DNA from: a virus
Lineage: Duplodnaviria; Caudoviricetes
Length of the DNA stretch: 63,541 nt
Virus record (IMG/VR): IMGVR_UViG_3300032242_000295
Location: 1 to 63,541 of that record
Direction: 5' to 3' (one strand)
Under the pieces are notes generated by a model, which did no database searches, had not been told where the DNA came from, and saw nothing but the letters and a program-made list of their open reading frames with translations. This document shows, one piece after another, positions 27,095-36,207 of this stretch. Within the stretch, counting starts at the first letter, position 1. Each line of letters starts with the position of its first letter. The position numbers and the translations under genes are program-made.

Positions 27095-28708
27095 ATGAAA
27101 CAACGTTTAAACGGCTATGAATTCCGACTCGCCATCGAGTCAGCATGCCACAAGATCTGCAGTGAACTAGCACTGTCTCCAGTGTCGGTCTCATGGGGTG
27201 ACATCAGCACCGCACGTATCAATCAACGTGGTGACATCGAGTTGGCTAACGTGGCTGATGACGCTGTCATTGATCGCAAGACTTTCGACAAGTACGTGGG
27301 CTTTATCTTGCATGAGTTACTGCATCGCAAGTTCACCGATTTCGGTGCACGTGGTGACAACCAGTACATTGATCAACTGCACAACGCAATTGAAGACGCA
27401 TGGATCGAGAACAGTTGCATCGCACTGGGCTTGGTTGGTAACGCACAGGGTCTCTTGTCTAGCGTGATCGACAACATGTGCGCTGACGCACTCGCCAACT
27501 GGGACGATCAGTGGCATCACCCCGCACGCTACCCCTTCCTGTTGGCTGTCTATGCACGTAAACACGCAACGATCAAACTGCCCTTGGCTGACGGTCTACA
27601 ACCGATCTTTGACGTGGCATGTGCACGTCTCGCTAACGCACAAAGTTCTTATGACACACTTGCTATCGCTCAGTGGGTGTTCGAGGAATTGCAACACGTT
27701 GACAACCAAAAACCACAGGGTCAAGACCAAGACCAAGACCAAGGCGATCAACAAGGCGAGGGCGAGGGTCAAGGCAATGGGTCTGAGACCGACGAGAAGG
27801 GGTCTACAAGCCACGATCAGGGCGAGGGTGAGGGTGAGGGTGCTACCCCACGTCCTGACGCAACAGGCAAGGCACGTTCACCAGTGAAGAAAAACGGTGA
27901 CGTGTTCAAAGCGCGTGAAGTCGAGCCCACATGCAAAGCCCCCGATGGTGCGGGTGCGGGCGGTACGTACTCAAAAACGTACGGAATTACAAAACGTGGG
28001 CACAAATCAAGTCAGGCTAAGTTCCAAGTCGATATCAACGTGGGTGCTAAGTTGCGCTATGAAGTACGCAAAATGTTTGAGAACACAGGCACTGATGACT
28101 TCCAAAACAACCGCAAGTCAGGCTCGATCAACTCACGTGCACTGCACAAAATTTCAGTCGGCAGTGATCGCCTGTTTAAACGTAGGCTTGAGGTTGAGGG
28201 TATCGACTCAGCAGTGGTGATCGTGCTCGATGTCTCCCAGTCTATGTTCTCGAATGATCCCGCTACATCACCCATCCAGTGCGCTATCAACGCATGCGCA
28301 TCACTGCTCGATGCACTCAACAAAGCGGGTGTCGAGACAGCACTGCTTACTTTCGGTGATGAGGTTGGTATTGCTAAGGGTTTCAAAGACAACGCCAAGA
28401 AGACTTTCGATATCTTGCGTCACACTGGTTCGGGCGGATGCACCAACGATTACTTTGCAGTGCGCTATGCACACGAGTTGTTGCACGGTCACACTGCACA
28501 ACGCAAAGTCTGCTTTGTGCTCACTGACGGTGAAGGCATGGTGACTGAGACCAAGGCACAAGTCGAGTCAGGCGAGCGCTTAGGTATCACAACGATAGGC
28601 TTGGGGATTCAGCAGAACGTGTCCAACGTATACAAGCACAACGTAACCGTGCGTGATGTTCAAAGCATCGGCACTGTCGCATTCAACAAAATCAAATTAG
28701 TAGCATAA
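27095..28708 (+). CDS. CobT-like VWA protein with N-terminal HExxH domain
   Basis: HELLH...NAIEDAWIE, acidic Gly linker, MIDAS DVSQS, LTDG. Confidence 0.85.
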   Translation: MKQRLNGYEFRLAIESACHKICSELALSPVSVSWGDISTARINQRGDIELANVADDAVIDRKTFDKYVGFILHELLHRKFTDFGARGDNQYIDQLHNAIEDAWIENSCIALGLVGNAQGLLSSVIDNMCADALANWDDQWHHPARYPFLLAVYARKHATIKLPLADGLQPIFDVACARLANAQSSYDTLAIAQWVFEELQHVDNQKPQGQDQDQDQGDQQGEGEGQGNGSETDEKGSTSHDQGEGEGEGATPRPDATGKARSPVKKNGDVFKAREVEPTCKAPDGAGAGGTYSKTYGITKRGHKSSQAKFQVDINVGAKLRYEVRKMFENTGTDDFQNNRKSGSINSRALHKISVGSDRLFKRRLEVEGIDSAVVIVLDVSQSMFSNDPATSPIQCAINACASLLDALNKAGVETALLTFGDEVGIAKGFKDNAKKTFDILRHTGSGGCTNDYFAVRYAHELLHGHTAQRKVCFVLTDGEGMVTETKAQVESGERLGITTIGLGIQQNVSNVYKHNVTVRDVQSIGTVAFNKIKLVA

Positions 28709-28718
28709 GGGGAATCAC

Positions 28719-28955
28719 ATGTACTGGAATTACAGAATTGTCAACTGTCCATCGCAGAACGGTGGCGAGGATTGGCTAATGATTAAAGAGGTTTACTACG
28801 ACATGGAAGGCACTGGGGATCACGCTCCCCACGCCTATTGCGATACGTGCCTAGGCAGTGAAGACATCGGGGGTGTACAGGAATTGATCAGTCGCTATGC
28901 CACTGCATCCGCTTTGCCTGTGCTCCATGAGAATGACTTTAAGGGGGACGAGTGA
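28719..28955 (+). CDS. Hypothetical protein
   Basis: MYWNYRIV...IKEVYYD; RBS. Confidence 0.7.
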   Translation: MYWNYRIVNCPSQNGGEDWLMIKEVYYDMEGTGDHAPHAYCDTCLGSEDIGGVQELISRYATASALPVLHENDFKGDE

Positions 28956-29146
28956 TGTACAAGTTAAAAGAATACAGGGCACGTCCGCACGATCTGATGG
29001 GCGTATGGGAGGTCTACCAGTACAACCCCGATGAGGACGATTGGGAATTGGTCGAGGAATACAAGTTCATCGATGAGGAAGATTGTGGAAACCAGTATTT
29101 GCAAGCAGTGTTTGGCATACGTAAGTTGGAGCGCAACCATGTTTAA
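28952..29146 (+). CDS. Hypothetical protein
   Basis: Coupled overlap with the upstream gene; acidic. Confidence 0.6.
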   Translation: MMYKLKEYRARPHDLMGVWEVYQYNPDEDDWELVEEYKFIDEEDCGNQYLQAVFGIRKLERNHV

Positions 29147-29414
29147 ACACATAGCAGGTGGTCACTGGTTTGTCCCAACGACTGTCGGGTCAAAGGGCAA
29201 CACGGTGTGGACGCAAGACCCAACAGGCGGATCAATGATAGTAGCCGACTGCAGTAGTCGTGCTACGCCCATCGCCACGCAACGTGAGCATGCCAAATTG
29301 ATTTCGTTTGCGCCTGACATGTTGTTGGTGCTTGAAGACATTTATAAACGTGGTTATGACGATCACGCACAGGACAGCGTCAAGTATTTAATTGAAAGGA
29401 TGAACCGTGATTAA
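29139..29414 (+). CDS. Hypothetical protein
   Basis: HAKLISFAPDML resembles the NARLIAAAPEL phage family; start at MFKH. Confidence 0.65.
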   Translation: MFKHIAGGHWFVPTTVGSKGNTVWTQDPTGGSMIVADCSSRATPIATQREHAKLISFAPDMLLVLEDIYKRGYDDHAQDSVKYLIERMNRD

Positions 29415-29482
29415 AGTTTATTTATTTGTATATACATGCGCCATTTGTGCGTTCGTTTTAGACATGTATTTTTGGCGGGTGT

Positions 29483-29698
29483 ATGGAGGGTGAACAGGAG
29501 ATGGCGAGACTCTTCAACGAGTTAATCGCCACGATACAGAAGACCGATCTTGATCAACAACAAGTCGGTGCGGTGCTTGTCAAGTTGACTGTTCTGCATG
29601 GAATCAGTCGTGCAAAACATGACGAGTTCTTTCAACAGTTGGAATATGCATGGAATTACGAGACGTTTTTTCTGCCCGATTCCGATGAGATTCATTAA
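29483..29698 (+). CDS. Hypothetical protein
   Basis: ORF in the early operon; start uncertain. Confidence 0.55.
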   Translation: MEGEQEMARLFNELIATIQKTDLDQQQVGAVLVKLTVLHGISRAKHDEFFQQLEYAWNYETFFLPDSDEIH

Positions 29699-29717
29699 CG
29701 TTTAAACAGGAGTAGAT

Positions 29718-29927
29718 ATGAAAGCAATAGTGATGAACACTGATCGCTTGGATGATGACTCAGTGGTGGTTAACTTTGATATGCATGATGACGGTGGAGA
29801 TGTCATCAAGCAGAACGGCTATGTATATGTCCAACAAAAAGAAGACATGTTTATTGTCATTGTCTATAACGCTGAGGGTGACGTTATGAACGAAACCCAC
29901 TTGCCATTTGATTTTAAGGAGTGCTAA
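29718..29927 (+). CDS. Hypothetical protein
   Basis: AGGAG RBS. Confidence 0.65.
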   Translation: MKAIVMNTDRLDDDSVVVNFDMHDDGGDVIKQNGYVYVQQKEDMFIVIVYNAEGDVMNETHLPFDFKEC

Positions 29928-30121
29928 AAATGAAAGTAAAAGCAAAAGGTATACGAGTGCACGTTGTGTTTGAGTATGACGATGTACCCGATCCTGATTG
30001 TCCGCAAGCGGACTACATCACCGAATTAATTACAGAAGCGACTGACCAGTTGTCCGATGAATTTAATGCGAGTCGTTGCTACGTTAGCGACACAACAGAA
30101 TGTCTATGGGCGGAGGAGTGA
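29921..30121 (+). CDS. Hypothetical protein
   Basis: AAGGAG RBS; acidic. Confidence 0.6.
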   Translation: MLKMKVKAKGIRVHVVFEYDDVPDPDCPQADYITELITEATDQLSDEFNASRCYVSDTTECLWAEE

Positions 30122-30375
30122 CTATGTATCGATTAAATAAAACCAATGACGGGTTTATGGTAGTTGACCAATCAACAGGTGACTTTGTCCATGATGAAGA
30201 TGGCAACAACCTATTTGACTTGGAGAGTGAGGCTGACAAATTAATGTTGATCGCACGTATGCGTGATGCGATCGACGTCATGTTTGTTGCAGTGGAAGAG
30301 GGTGATGCTGAATCAATATCGCATTTGGCATTGCAATACAAAAAACGTTTTGGAACTAAAAAGGAGTTGACATGA
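30100..30375 (+). CDS. Hypothetical protein
   Basis: Early operon; true start probably MYRLNK. Confidence 0.6.
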   Translation: MSMGGGVTMYRLNKTNDGFMVVDQSTGDFVHDEDGNNLFDLESEADKLMLIARMRDAIDVMFVAVEEGDAESISHLALQYKKRFGTKKELT

Positions 30376-30707
30376 AAACATCTGAACTATTTGCATTGAA
30401 TGAGTGGTTGTCGAGTTTCCCTGACAACCGAACCTACGCACAGATCATCGACATGCTCGATGCTGATGATTGGAGTCATGAAGACCTGAGTGTTTGGGAG
30501 ACAGTCGAAGACTGCCCCTTGAGTCAAATCGCTGAGTTCATAGAGAACACACGTGTTCACTTTGAACGTGTTACCAATTTCTCCGTGGTAAACGCATTGC
30601 GTGACATGATCGCTTTAGCATCTGAGAATCGCCCCGACGACGAGTATGCTGGTGAGTTTGATATGCGTTTAAACAGTGCTATCAAAACCCTGAAGGCTTG
30701 GGAGTGA
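30372..30707 (+). CDS. Hypothetical protein
   Basis: AAGGAG RBS. Confidence 0.65.
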   Translation: MKTSELFALNEWLSSFPDNRTYAQIIDMLDADDWSHEDLSVWETVEDCPLSQIAEFIENTRVHFERVTNFSVVNALRDMIALASENRPDDEYAGEFDMRLNSAIKTLKAWE

Positions 30708-31072
30708 CTATGTTGTACGTATGCAGTGGATACTGGAAAGACACTGGTCAACGGTTCGAGAACTACATTGCCTGTGATGGGGAGTGGGATGGTATCGAAG
30801 ACACGAGAGACCTCAACATTTTTTTCTACACCGATGGCTTGCCTGTGATGGGTGACCACGGTGATTTTGTTATTGATAGGGTAGATGTAAACCTTAAACC
30901 GTTTGAAGTTACCCTTGAGTACCACGCACGCAGAACGTTTACCGTCATCGCTGAAAACAAAAAGAGTGCAGAGAACCAAGCGAAAGAGATGGCAAATATA
31001 GATGACTTTTTAAATGGTTATCTTTCCTGCGATACCGAAAATGATGTAGAGGAAATCGATGCGCCCAATTAA
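30698..31072 (+). CDS. Hypothetical protein
   Basis: Acidic; early operon. Confidence 0.6.
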   Translation: MGVTMLYVCSGYWKDTGQRFENYIACDGEWDGIEDTRDLNIFFYTDGLPVMGDHGDFVIDRVDVNLKPFEVTLEYHARRTFTVIAENKKSAENQAKEMANIDDFLNGYLSCDTENDVEEIDAPN

Positions 31073-31295
31073 AGCACTACTCACTACCGATCCTATGTTT
31101 CTACAGACAGTTAACCAGTACCCGAACCTTGTTGATCTTAAACTTGGTTCGGATCAGGTCAGCGTCAACGAGAAATACATTATCTACAGCAACACGTGGG
31201 ATGTTTACAAGATGACCAAGGGCAGACTGCCCCGACTTTGTGGTCGCTTTAATTCATTGCATCGTGCTGTGTTCCGCGCCAGATTATGCGTTTAA
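31059..31295 (+). CDS. Hypothetical protein
   Basis: Last gene before the convergent terminator. Confidence 0.55.
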   Translation: MRPIKALLTTDPMFLQTVNQYPNLVDLKLGSDQVSVNEKYIIYSNTWDVYKMTKGRLPRLCGRFNSLHRAVFRARLCV

Positions 31296-31359
31296 ACACA
31301 TCGGCAGCCGCCCGCTGGTTTCTGGCGGCTTAATAGCGTTTAAACATACAGCAGGTAGA

Positions 31360-31390
31360 AGGGGCGACATCAAGTCGCCCTTTTCTTTTT
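31360..31390 (+). terminator. Intrinsic terminator of the early operon
   Basis: GGGCGAC-ATCAA-GTCGCCC followed by TTTTCTTTTT. Confidence 0.8.
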
Positions 31391-33077
31391 AGAATTGGTC
31401 GAGGTTCTCTGAGTACGTGCCCGAAGTCTTGTTGTATAGAAGGGTCGTTTCTCCCTGAGTACCCACCCACCGATACCTACATTTCCATACAGCAATTTCA
31501 ACGCACTGATCCTGACGGTGCACGGTGATACCGCAGTCGGTCTTAGCCCACCACGCCATCGATCCGCTGATTGACATGCCATCGGGTCTTGGTTGCTCCA
31601 CCCCCGATCGATTAATCTTAGATGGGTGAGCCACGAACCAACAGTGAATGTCGTGCGCCTTCACAAACTTCTGAACCTTGGTCAGCATGTTTGAGATGGC
31701 TTCTGTCTCTGTTTGATTCTCTTTGTGCAGTTCAATGTAGTTGTAGGGGTCTATGACCATGCCCCGAATGCCCATACGTTTAACTGCTACACGTGCACGG
31801 TCGAGGATGGACTCCAATGTACTGGGTTCTTCACCGTTGGTATCGATGAACAGGAAGTGATCCTGTACCCATTTAAACGCATCCTGTTTCTCTTGCTCGC
31901 TCATGCGATCTTTGCCATCAAAGAATCTCTTGCGGGTGTAAATCTCCATGAGGCGAGAGATATGGATCTCAGGCTGATTCTCGAACGAACAGATAGCAAA
32001 CTTCCAATCTGCCCCCTTACCCAAGTTGACCATCAACTGATCCACGAAGTTGGATTTGCCCGATGAGGGATAACCTGTTACTACAGTTAACTGGCTAGTC
32101 GCTACCGTGTAAACGCTGTCCACGGATGCAAAGCCCGTGCTTTCTCCTTTGCCCGTTCCTTTGTCGTATAGGTCGTTTAAACGGTCAAAGAATGTGCTCG
32201 CTTCCGAGAGCCCCGCAATCGGGTAGGGCGTGGCGTTGTCAATGATGTCGATGACTGCCTTATGCCGTGCTGGGTCATCGATGAGGACTTCATTTAAATC
32301 CTTCCTGTCGAACTTGGCAATTCTGCATTTGTCTTTGCCAATGCGTCGGGCTAACTCCTCTGCCAGTGCCTGACCCGCAGTGTCCTGATCTGTGGCTAGA
32401 ACAATGTAGGGTGCGGCTTCTATTACATCCCTAGCATTCCAAACATAGGCAAACTTCTTGTCTTCACTGGGCAGTACCTTACCGTCAGCAACCTTGATGG
32501 GTGCACCGCTTGGGACTGAGACAACATTATCTAATCCACATTCCATAACGGTGAGCGCATCTATCTCCCCCTCAACAATGATGAGAGGCTTACCCTTTTC
32601 TACGAGGTCGATGCCAAAGAAGTCGTGCGCACCACCCATGTCTTGGGTAAAGTCTTTCTCTGGGAATGATCTGTACTTGGCTGATACGAATGCCCCGTTC
32701 CTGTAGTACGGGAATCCAATCGCCTCCGTCACTTTATTTAAACGCTTAAAGAATTTATCGGCAGCGAACAAACGCATCTTGTCTGCCGTTGCCTTTGATA
32801 TGCCACGTTTAAACAGCCACGCGTAATGCTGCTCTTCAAGTTTGTTCTGGGTTATCTCTACGTTGGGAACTGCTGACAATTTATTCTCCCTAGGTTCTTG
32901 GTTTGGTTGTATAGAACCACTGGCAAGGCAGTGATGGCAATGGTAGACCACCGCCCCGTCAGGTTTACGGGTCAGGGTCATATCTTTTTCGTTGGTTTTT
33001 CTGCGCTCTGATGAGCACTCGGGGCAGACTATCCGCTTGGATTCTTGAAAGTTTAAGTCTATGCCGTGTAGGGTCAT
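31389..33077 (-). CDS. DNA primase-helicase (T7 gp4/Twinkle-like)
   Basis: N-terminal CxxC...CHHC Zn finger, Toprim EGEIDA / ATDQD, GYPSSGKS Walker A, VIDPYN, VAHP. Confidence 0.95.
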   Translation of the reverse strand: MTLHGIDLNFQESKRIVCPECSSERRKTNEKDMTLTRKPDGAVVYHCHHCLASGSIQPNQEPRENKLSAVPNVEITQNKLEEQHYAWLFKRGISKATADKMRLFAADKFFKRLNKVTEAIGFPYYRNGAFVSAKYRSFPEKDFTQDMGGAHDFFGIDLVEKGKPLIIVEGEIDALTVMECGLDNVVSVPSGAPIKVADGKVLPSEDKKFAYVWNARDVIEAAPYIVLATDQDTAGQALAEELARRIGKDKCRIAKFDRKDLNEVLIDDPARHKAVIDIIDNATPYPIAGLSEASTFFDRLNDLYDKGTGKGESTGFASVDSVYTVATSQLTVVTGYPSSGKSNFVDQLMVNLGKGADWKFAICSFENQPEIHISRLMEIYTRKRFFDGKDRMSEQEKQDAFKWVQDHFLFIDTNGEEPSTLESILDRARVAVKRMGIRGMVIDPYNYIELHKENQTETEAISNMLTKVQKFVKAHDIHCWFVAHPSKINRSGVEQPRPDGMSISGSMAWWAKTDCGITVHRQDQCVEIAVWKCRYRWVGTQGETTLLYNKTSGTYSENLDQF

Positions 33078-33313
33078 TTCATGCTTCCGTCAGGGTTACG
33101 TTTAAAGGATCGGTTCTTTGAGGCTGGCTCCGCTCGGACTCCATCCTTGTTAGTTCCGCCCTTTGATAACGCCTTGACGTGGGCTACATCTTTACCGGCA
33201 ACCTTAACGCCCTTCTTCGCTAAGTCTGCCCTTGCTTTATTACGCTGTGCCCGATTTTTAATTTGCTCAGGCTTGCCTTGGTAGTTGTCGTATTCTTTTC
33301 TATAGTCACGCAT
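33074..33313 (-). CDS. Small HNH-like protein
   Basis: RDYRKEY...RAQRNKAR...GKDVAHVKALSKGGTN...NRSF. Confidence 0.65.
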   Translation of the reverse strand: MRDYRKEYDNYQGKPEQIKNRAQRNKARADLAKKGVKVAGKDVAHVKALSKGGTNKDGVRAEPASKNRSFKRNPDGSMK

Positions 33314-33833
33314 GTACTGCCTCACTGAATCGTTCGATTGGTGCTAAATGCTTTTCGTCCAAACAAAACCTGTCGCCATACCCAAAGTTCTGCTTCTCAT
33401 ACTTAGCCATGAATTTCTTGCGACTCACAAACCCGTGGATGGTTATGAGTGCGGGTGACTTGACCGAGCAAAGTATTGCCCAGTCTGTACTGAATTCTTC
33501 TAGGGTTGTAAAGATGAGATACCTGACTTGGTCAGGCTTGAGATATGCATGTGTACTGGTCTTGACTTGGATTGTCTGATCATCATAGATCATGTCGATG
33601 AATCCGTCACCAGCAAAAGTTAGATCGGTTCTAACGTTTATACCTAGGACTTTGCCAACCGCCACCTCACCGAGCATGCCGGTGTAATGTATTGCAAAGT
33701 CACCCTGACCACAGATGCGATTATTGTTTAGTACTTTATTATGATTCTGCATCATCTTGACTCCTTCGATGAGCCCCGAATGATGCGCCGCCAGTATTAA
33801 CTCTGGCGCTGTCAACTCTACATCCATCACCAC
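33306..33833 (-). CDS. Putative PD-(D/E)XK-fold nuclease
   Basis: GEVAV...DGFIDM...IQVKT motif pattern. Confidence 0.5.
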   Translation of the reverse strand: MVMDVELTAPELILAAHHSGLIEGVKMMQNHNKVLNNNRICGQGDFAIHYTGMLGEVAVGKVLGINVRTDLTFAGDGFIDMIYDDQTIQVKTSTHAYLKPDQVRYLIFTTLEEFSTDWAILCSVKSPALITIHGFVSRKKFMAKYEKQNFGYGDRFCLDEKHLAPIERFSEAVHA

Positions 33834-34107
33834 TCCTTGTTAACGCCCCCTTGTGGGGGCTTATTGATAATTTTCACCCAAAGACCCCCCTACCCCACGG
33901 CGTGGAGTAGGAAGGAGTAGGTGTTTCACCGCCCGAATGGGCATCTGCATGTTAACTTTCGTTAAACCCCTAGGCTTGCAGATTCGACCAGCCCCACGGA
34001 TTGTTCGGGAACTGCCCCCTAGTCTTAGACGTACCGTGTACCCTTTTCTTCCGCGCCCTCGGGATGAAGTCTTACTAACGTGCGGAGTACGATTGTGTAG
34101 GGACAAT

Positions 34108-34208
34108 AAAAAAGCCCCTTACAACTGCCCTCGGTAGAAACCCTAGAGAATGAACCAAGGGCGAGAGCATGTGTAAGAGGCTTAGACATTGTTGCTTTCT
34201 ACGACAAC
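34108..34208 (-). ncRNA. C4/CI-like antisense-attenuator RNA in the leader of the replication operon
   Basis: Nested stems 34112-34123/34172-34183 and 34127-34135/34154-34162, with mismatches that are G-U pairs on the minus strand; U-tract; upstream hairpin loop GUAGAAA complementary to UUUCUAC in the body. Confidence 0.65.
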
Positions 34209-34215
34209 GGTTTGG

Positions 34216-34246
34216 ATTATACGCACAGTATTTATATCTGTGTCAA
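34216..34246 (-). promoter_or_regulatory. Sigma70-like promoter with palindromic spacer
   Basis: TTGACA-N19-TATAAT; CACAG-N9-CTGTG inverted repeat at 34224-34242. Confidence 0.55.
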
Positions 34247-34364
34247 GTGGTATAAAAAATATTTTTCGGTACGCTAGTACCAGCGTACTATTTCCCTTTA
34301 CCTGCTATGCGTTTAAACATGCACAAGCTCACCCGGTGAGCCTGCTGCTGGTAAATGTATGCGT

Positions 34365-34610
34365 TTAAACGTCAATAAATTCATGCCCGCCGAGGTTGAC
34401 GTAGATCGGGGTGTCGATTCCCATGTAGGCTCCCTCGATGTTGTAGTCGATGTATTCCTCTGCTTCTTCGTAGGTCATGCCACCTTCCACCAGTATGGAT
34501 GCCATCTTGGCTAGGTCATAGACAAGGATGTCCACCCTTTGGTTCTCTCTCCATGTACATGCTGTACCAATAATCGCATCATCGAATCCATCTGCTTTTA
34601 ACATTTGCAA
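34365..34610 (-). CDS. Phage hypothetical protein
   Basis: LKADGFDDAIIG...EEAEEYIDYNIEGAYMGIDTP. Confidence 0.75.
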   Translation of the reverse strand: MQMLKADGFDDAIIGTACTWRENQRVDILVYDLAKMASILVEGGMTYEEAEEYIDYNIEGAYMGIDTPIYVNLGGHEFIDV

Positions 34611-34664
34611 CTTTCTATATTTTGGTTTAACATGTGACCGCTGACGCTTTGAGGAGCGCAGTTG

Positions 34665-35090
34665 TCACTCCTTCTTTCCCCGCCTTGTGCGGGGATTTTT
34701 TTCGTCTATCTTCTCTATGATTATCTCTGCCCTTGGATTGTCAGAGTCAAGCCCCCAATAGACATGCTTCTCTTTTACTTGCCTGTCGTTCTTGTAGATT
34801 AACCCTTGAAGTAGGTCAAGTATTAGACTCTCGTCCAAGTCGGGTCGTCGTGTCGCATAAAAGATACGGGCAGTAAAACTTAGATCACCCGTCATTAATA
34901 CATCCAACGGTGTAACCTGTGTGCGGAAGTAATCACTATAGTTCAAAGCTTTCTCTGACTTGATCAGTCGAGACATATTCCCAAACTTTACAACCCGCCT
35001 TGAATTTGCCTTGCTTGCAGGCTCTCCAAGTATGTACAATGCAATTGATTGCAGTTCATCGACAATAGTGCTATCATTCATTTCACACAA
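34665..35090 (-). CDS. rusA: RusA-like Holliday junction resolvase
   Basis: GEPASKANSRR, RRPDLDES, LIYKNDRQV, NPRAEI. Confidence 0.8.
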   Translation of the reverse strand: MCEMNDSTIVDELQSIALYILGEPASKANSRRVVKFGNMSRLIKSEKALNYSDYFRTQVTPLDVLMTGDLSFTARIFYATRRPDLDESLILDLLQGLIYKNDRQVKEKHVYWGLDSDNPRAEIIIEKIDEKNPRTRRGKKE

Positions 35091-35104
35091 CCTTAGGAGG
35101 ACAG

Positions 35105-35962
35105 ATGGTTATAACGAATCAGTTTGGGGTTCCAGAACCTTTAGTGACCCTAGCTAGTCGGCAATTCTACACGAAAGGCAAGGCTCAGTACAGCGTCACC
35201 GAGATTATGGCTCCCCCAAAGATAAAGAGACTGAGGGAGAAGTACGACGGTCAGATAAAGCAAGATGTTTCTGACATGCTATGGAACCTACTGGGTTCTG
35301 CATTGCACGTGGTTATGGAGCGGGGCGATACAGATGGCTGGGTCATGGAAGAGCGGATCTTCTGTGAGGTGGACGGTGTAACTATTAGCGGGGCGATTGA
35401 CCTACAGCAAGAGACACCCGATGGCATTGTGCTGATTGACTACAAGTTCACATCAGCATGGGCAGTGATGCAAAGAAAAGAAGAATGGCATCAGCAACTC
35501 AACATGTACAAATGGTTGGTGGAGACGGTAAAGAGAAAGAAGGTGATTGGTCTAAAGATCTGTGCCTTGGTGCGGGACTTTAGCCGACACGAAACTAAAG
35601 AGGGCTATCCGAAAGCCCCGATTGAGATTGTCGATATCCCCATGTGGGACATCGTCAAGACCGAGGCGTATGTGCGGGAGCGTTTAAACCTACACAGAGA
35701 TGCCAAGGTGGCTGCGGACTTTGGGGATGAACTACCCCCTTGTTCAGATGAAGACAGGTGGCAATCAGAAACTACCTACGCTGTAAAGCGCGACGGACGC
35801 AAGACTGCGATCCGAGTATTCAAATCAATTGACGAAGCGACTGCGTTAGCAGAGAAGGAGAAAGGCTATGTCGAAACAAGGCTTGGGGAACCAAGACGTT
35901 GCACCGGTAACTACTGCGGGGTCGCAGACTGGTGTGAGCAATATCAAGGAGAGTTGGCATGA
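35105..35962 (+). CDS. PD-(D/E)XK exonuclease (Cas4/RecB-like)
   Basis: LGSALH...SGAIDL...IDYKFT...QLNMY; C-terminal Cys cluster. Confidence 0.8.
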   Translation: MVITNQFGVPEPLVTLASRQFYTKGKAQYSVTEIMAPPKIKRLREKYDGQIKQDVSDMLWNLLGSALHVVMERGDTDGWVMEERIFCEVDGVTISGAIDLQQETPDGIVLIDYKFTSAWAVMQRKEEWHQQLNMYKWLVETVKRKKVIGLKICALVRDFSRHETKEGYPKAPIEIVDIPMWDIVKTEAYVRERLNLHRDAKVAADFGDELPPCSDEDRWQSETTYAVKRDGRKTAIRVFKSIDEATALAEKEKGYVETRLGEPRRCTGNYCGVADWCEQYQGELA

Positions 35963-36207
35963 ATCTTAATGAAGTTAAACAAGAAATCATGGAGATAGTT
36001 GCAAATAGAAGTGACGAGGACTGCCTTGATTTGGCAGAAAGAATTAAGGATTTTATTTTTTTTGATTTGCAAGATGGCGTGATGCTAGACAAATGGAGCG
36101 GAGAGCAAGCGCTCAATTTTGTTGAGCAGAACATAGTCCCAAATCTTGATGCTTTAATAAAAATTTTAGAAGGAGAAAGAGATGAGCGAAACAAAAACTC
36201 CGCTTGA
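35959..36207 (+). CDS. Hypothetical protein
   Basis: Coupled ORF, AT-rich. Confidence 0.55.
   Translation: MNLNEVKQEIMEIVANRSDEDCLDLAERIKDFIFFDLQDGVMLDKWSGEQALNFVEQNIVPNLDALIKILEGERDERNKNSA

Noticed and set aside
27721-27842. CAAGAC and GAGGGT/GAGGGC short tandem repeats as a CRISPR or contingency locus
   Set aside because: They are 6-bp in-frame repeats encoding the QD/EG linker of the VWA protein, with no spacers.
25607-28708. cobS/cobT cobalamin auxiliary metabolic genes
   Set aside because: There is no cobN or other cobalamin gene; a generic MoxR-VWA pair explains the motifs.
33861-34106. 81-aa minus-strand ORF
   Set aside because: Atypical Arg/Gly-rich composition and no clear RBS; more likely part of a non-coding leader, though a small peptide is not excluded.
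35105-35962. Cas4 as evidence of a CRISPR system
   Set aside because: There is no array and no other cas gene; its position beside Sak and SSB fits a recombination exonuclease.
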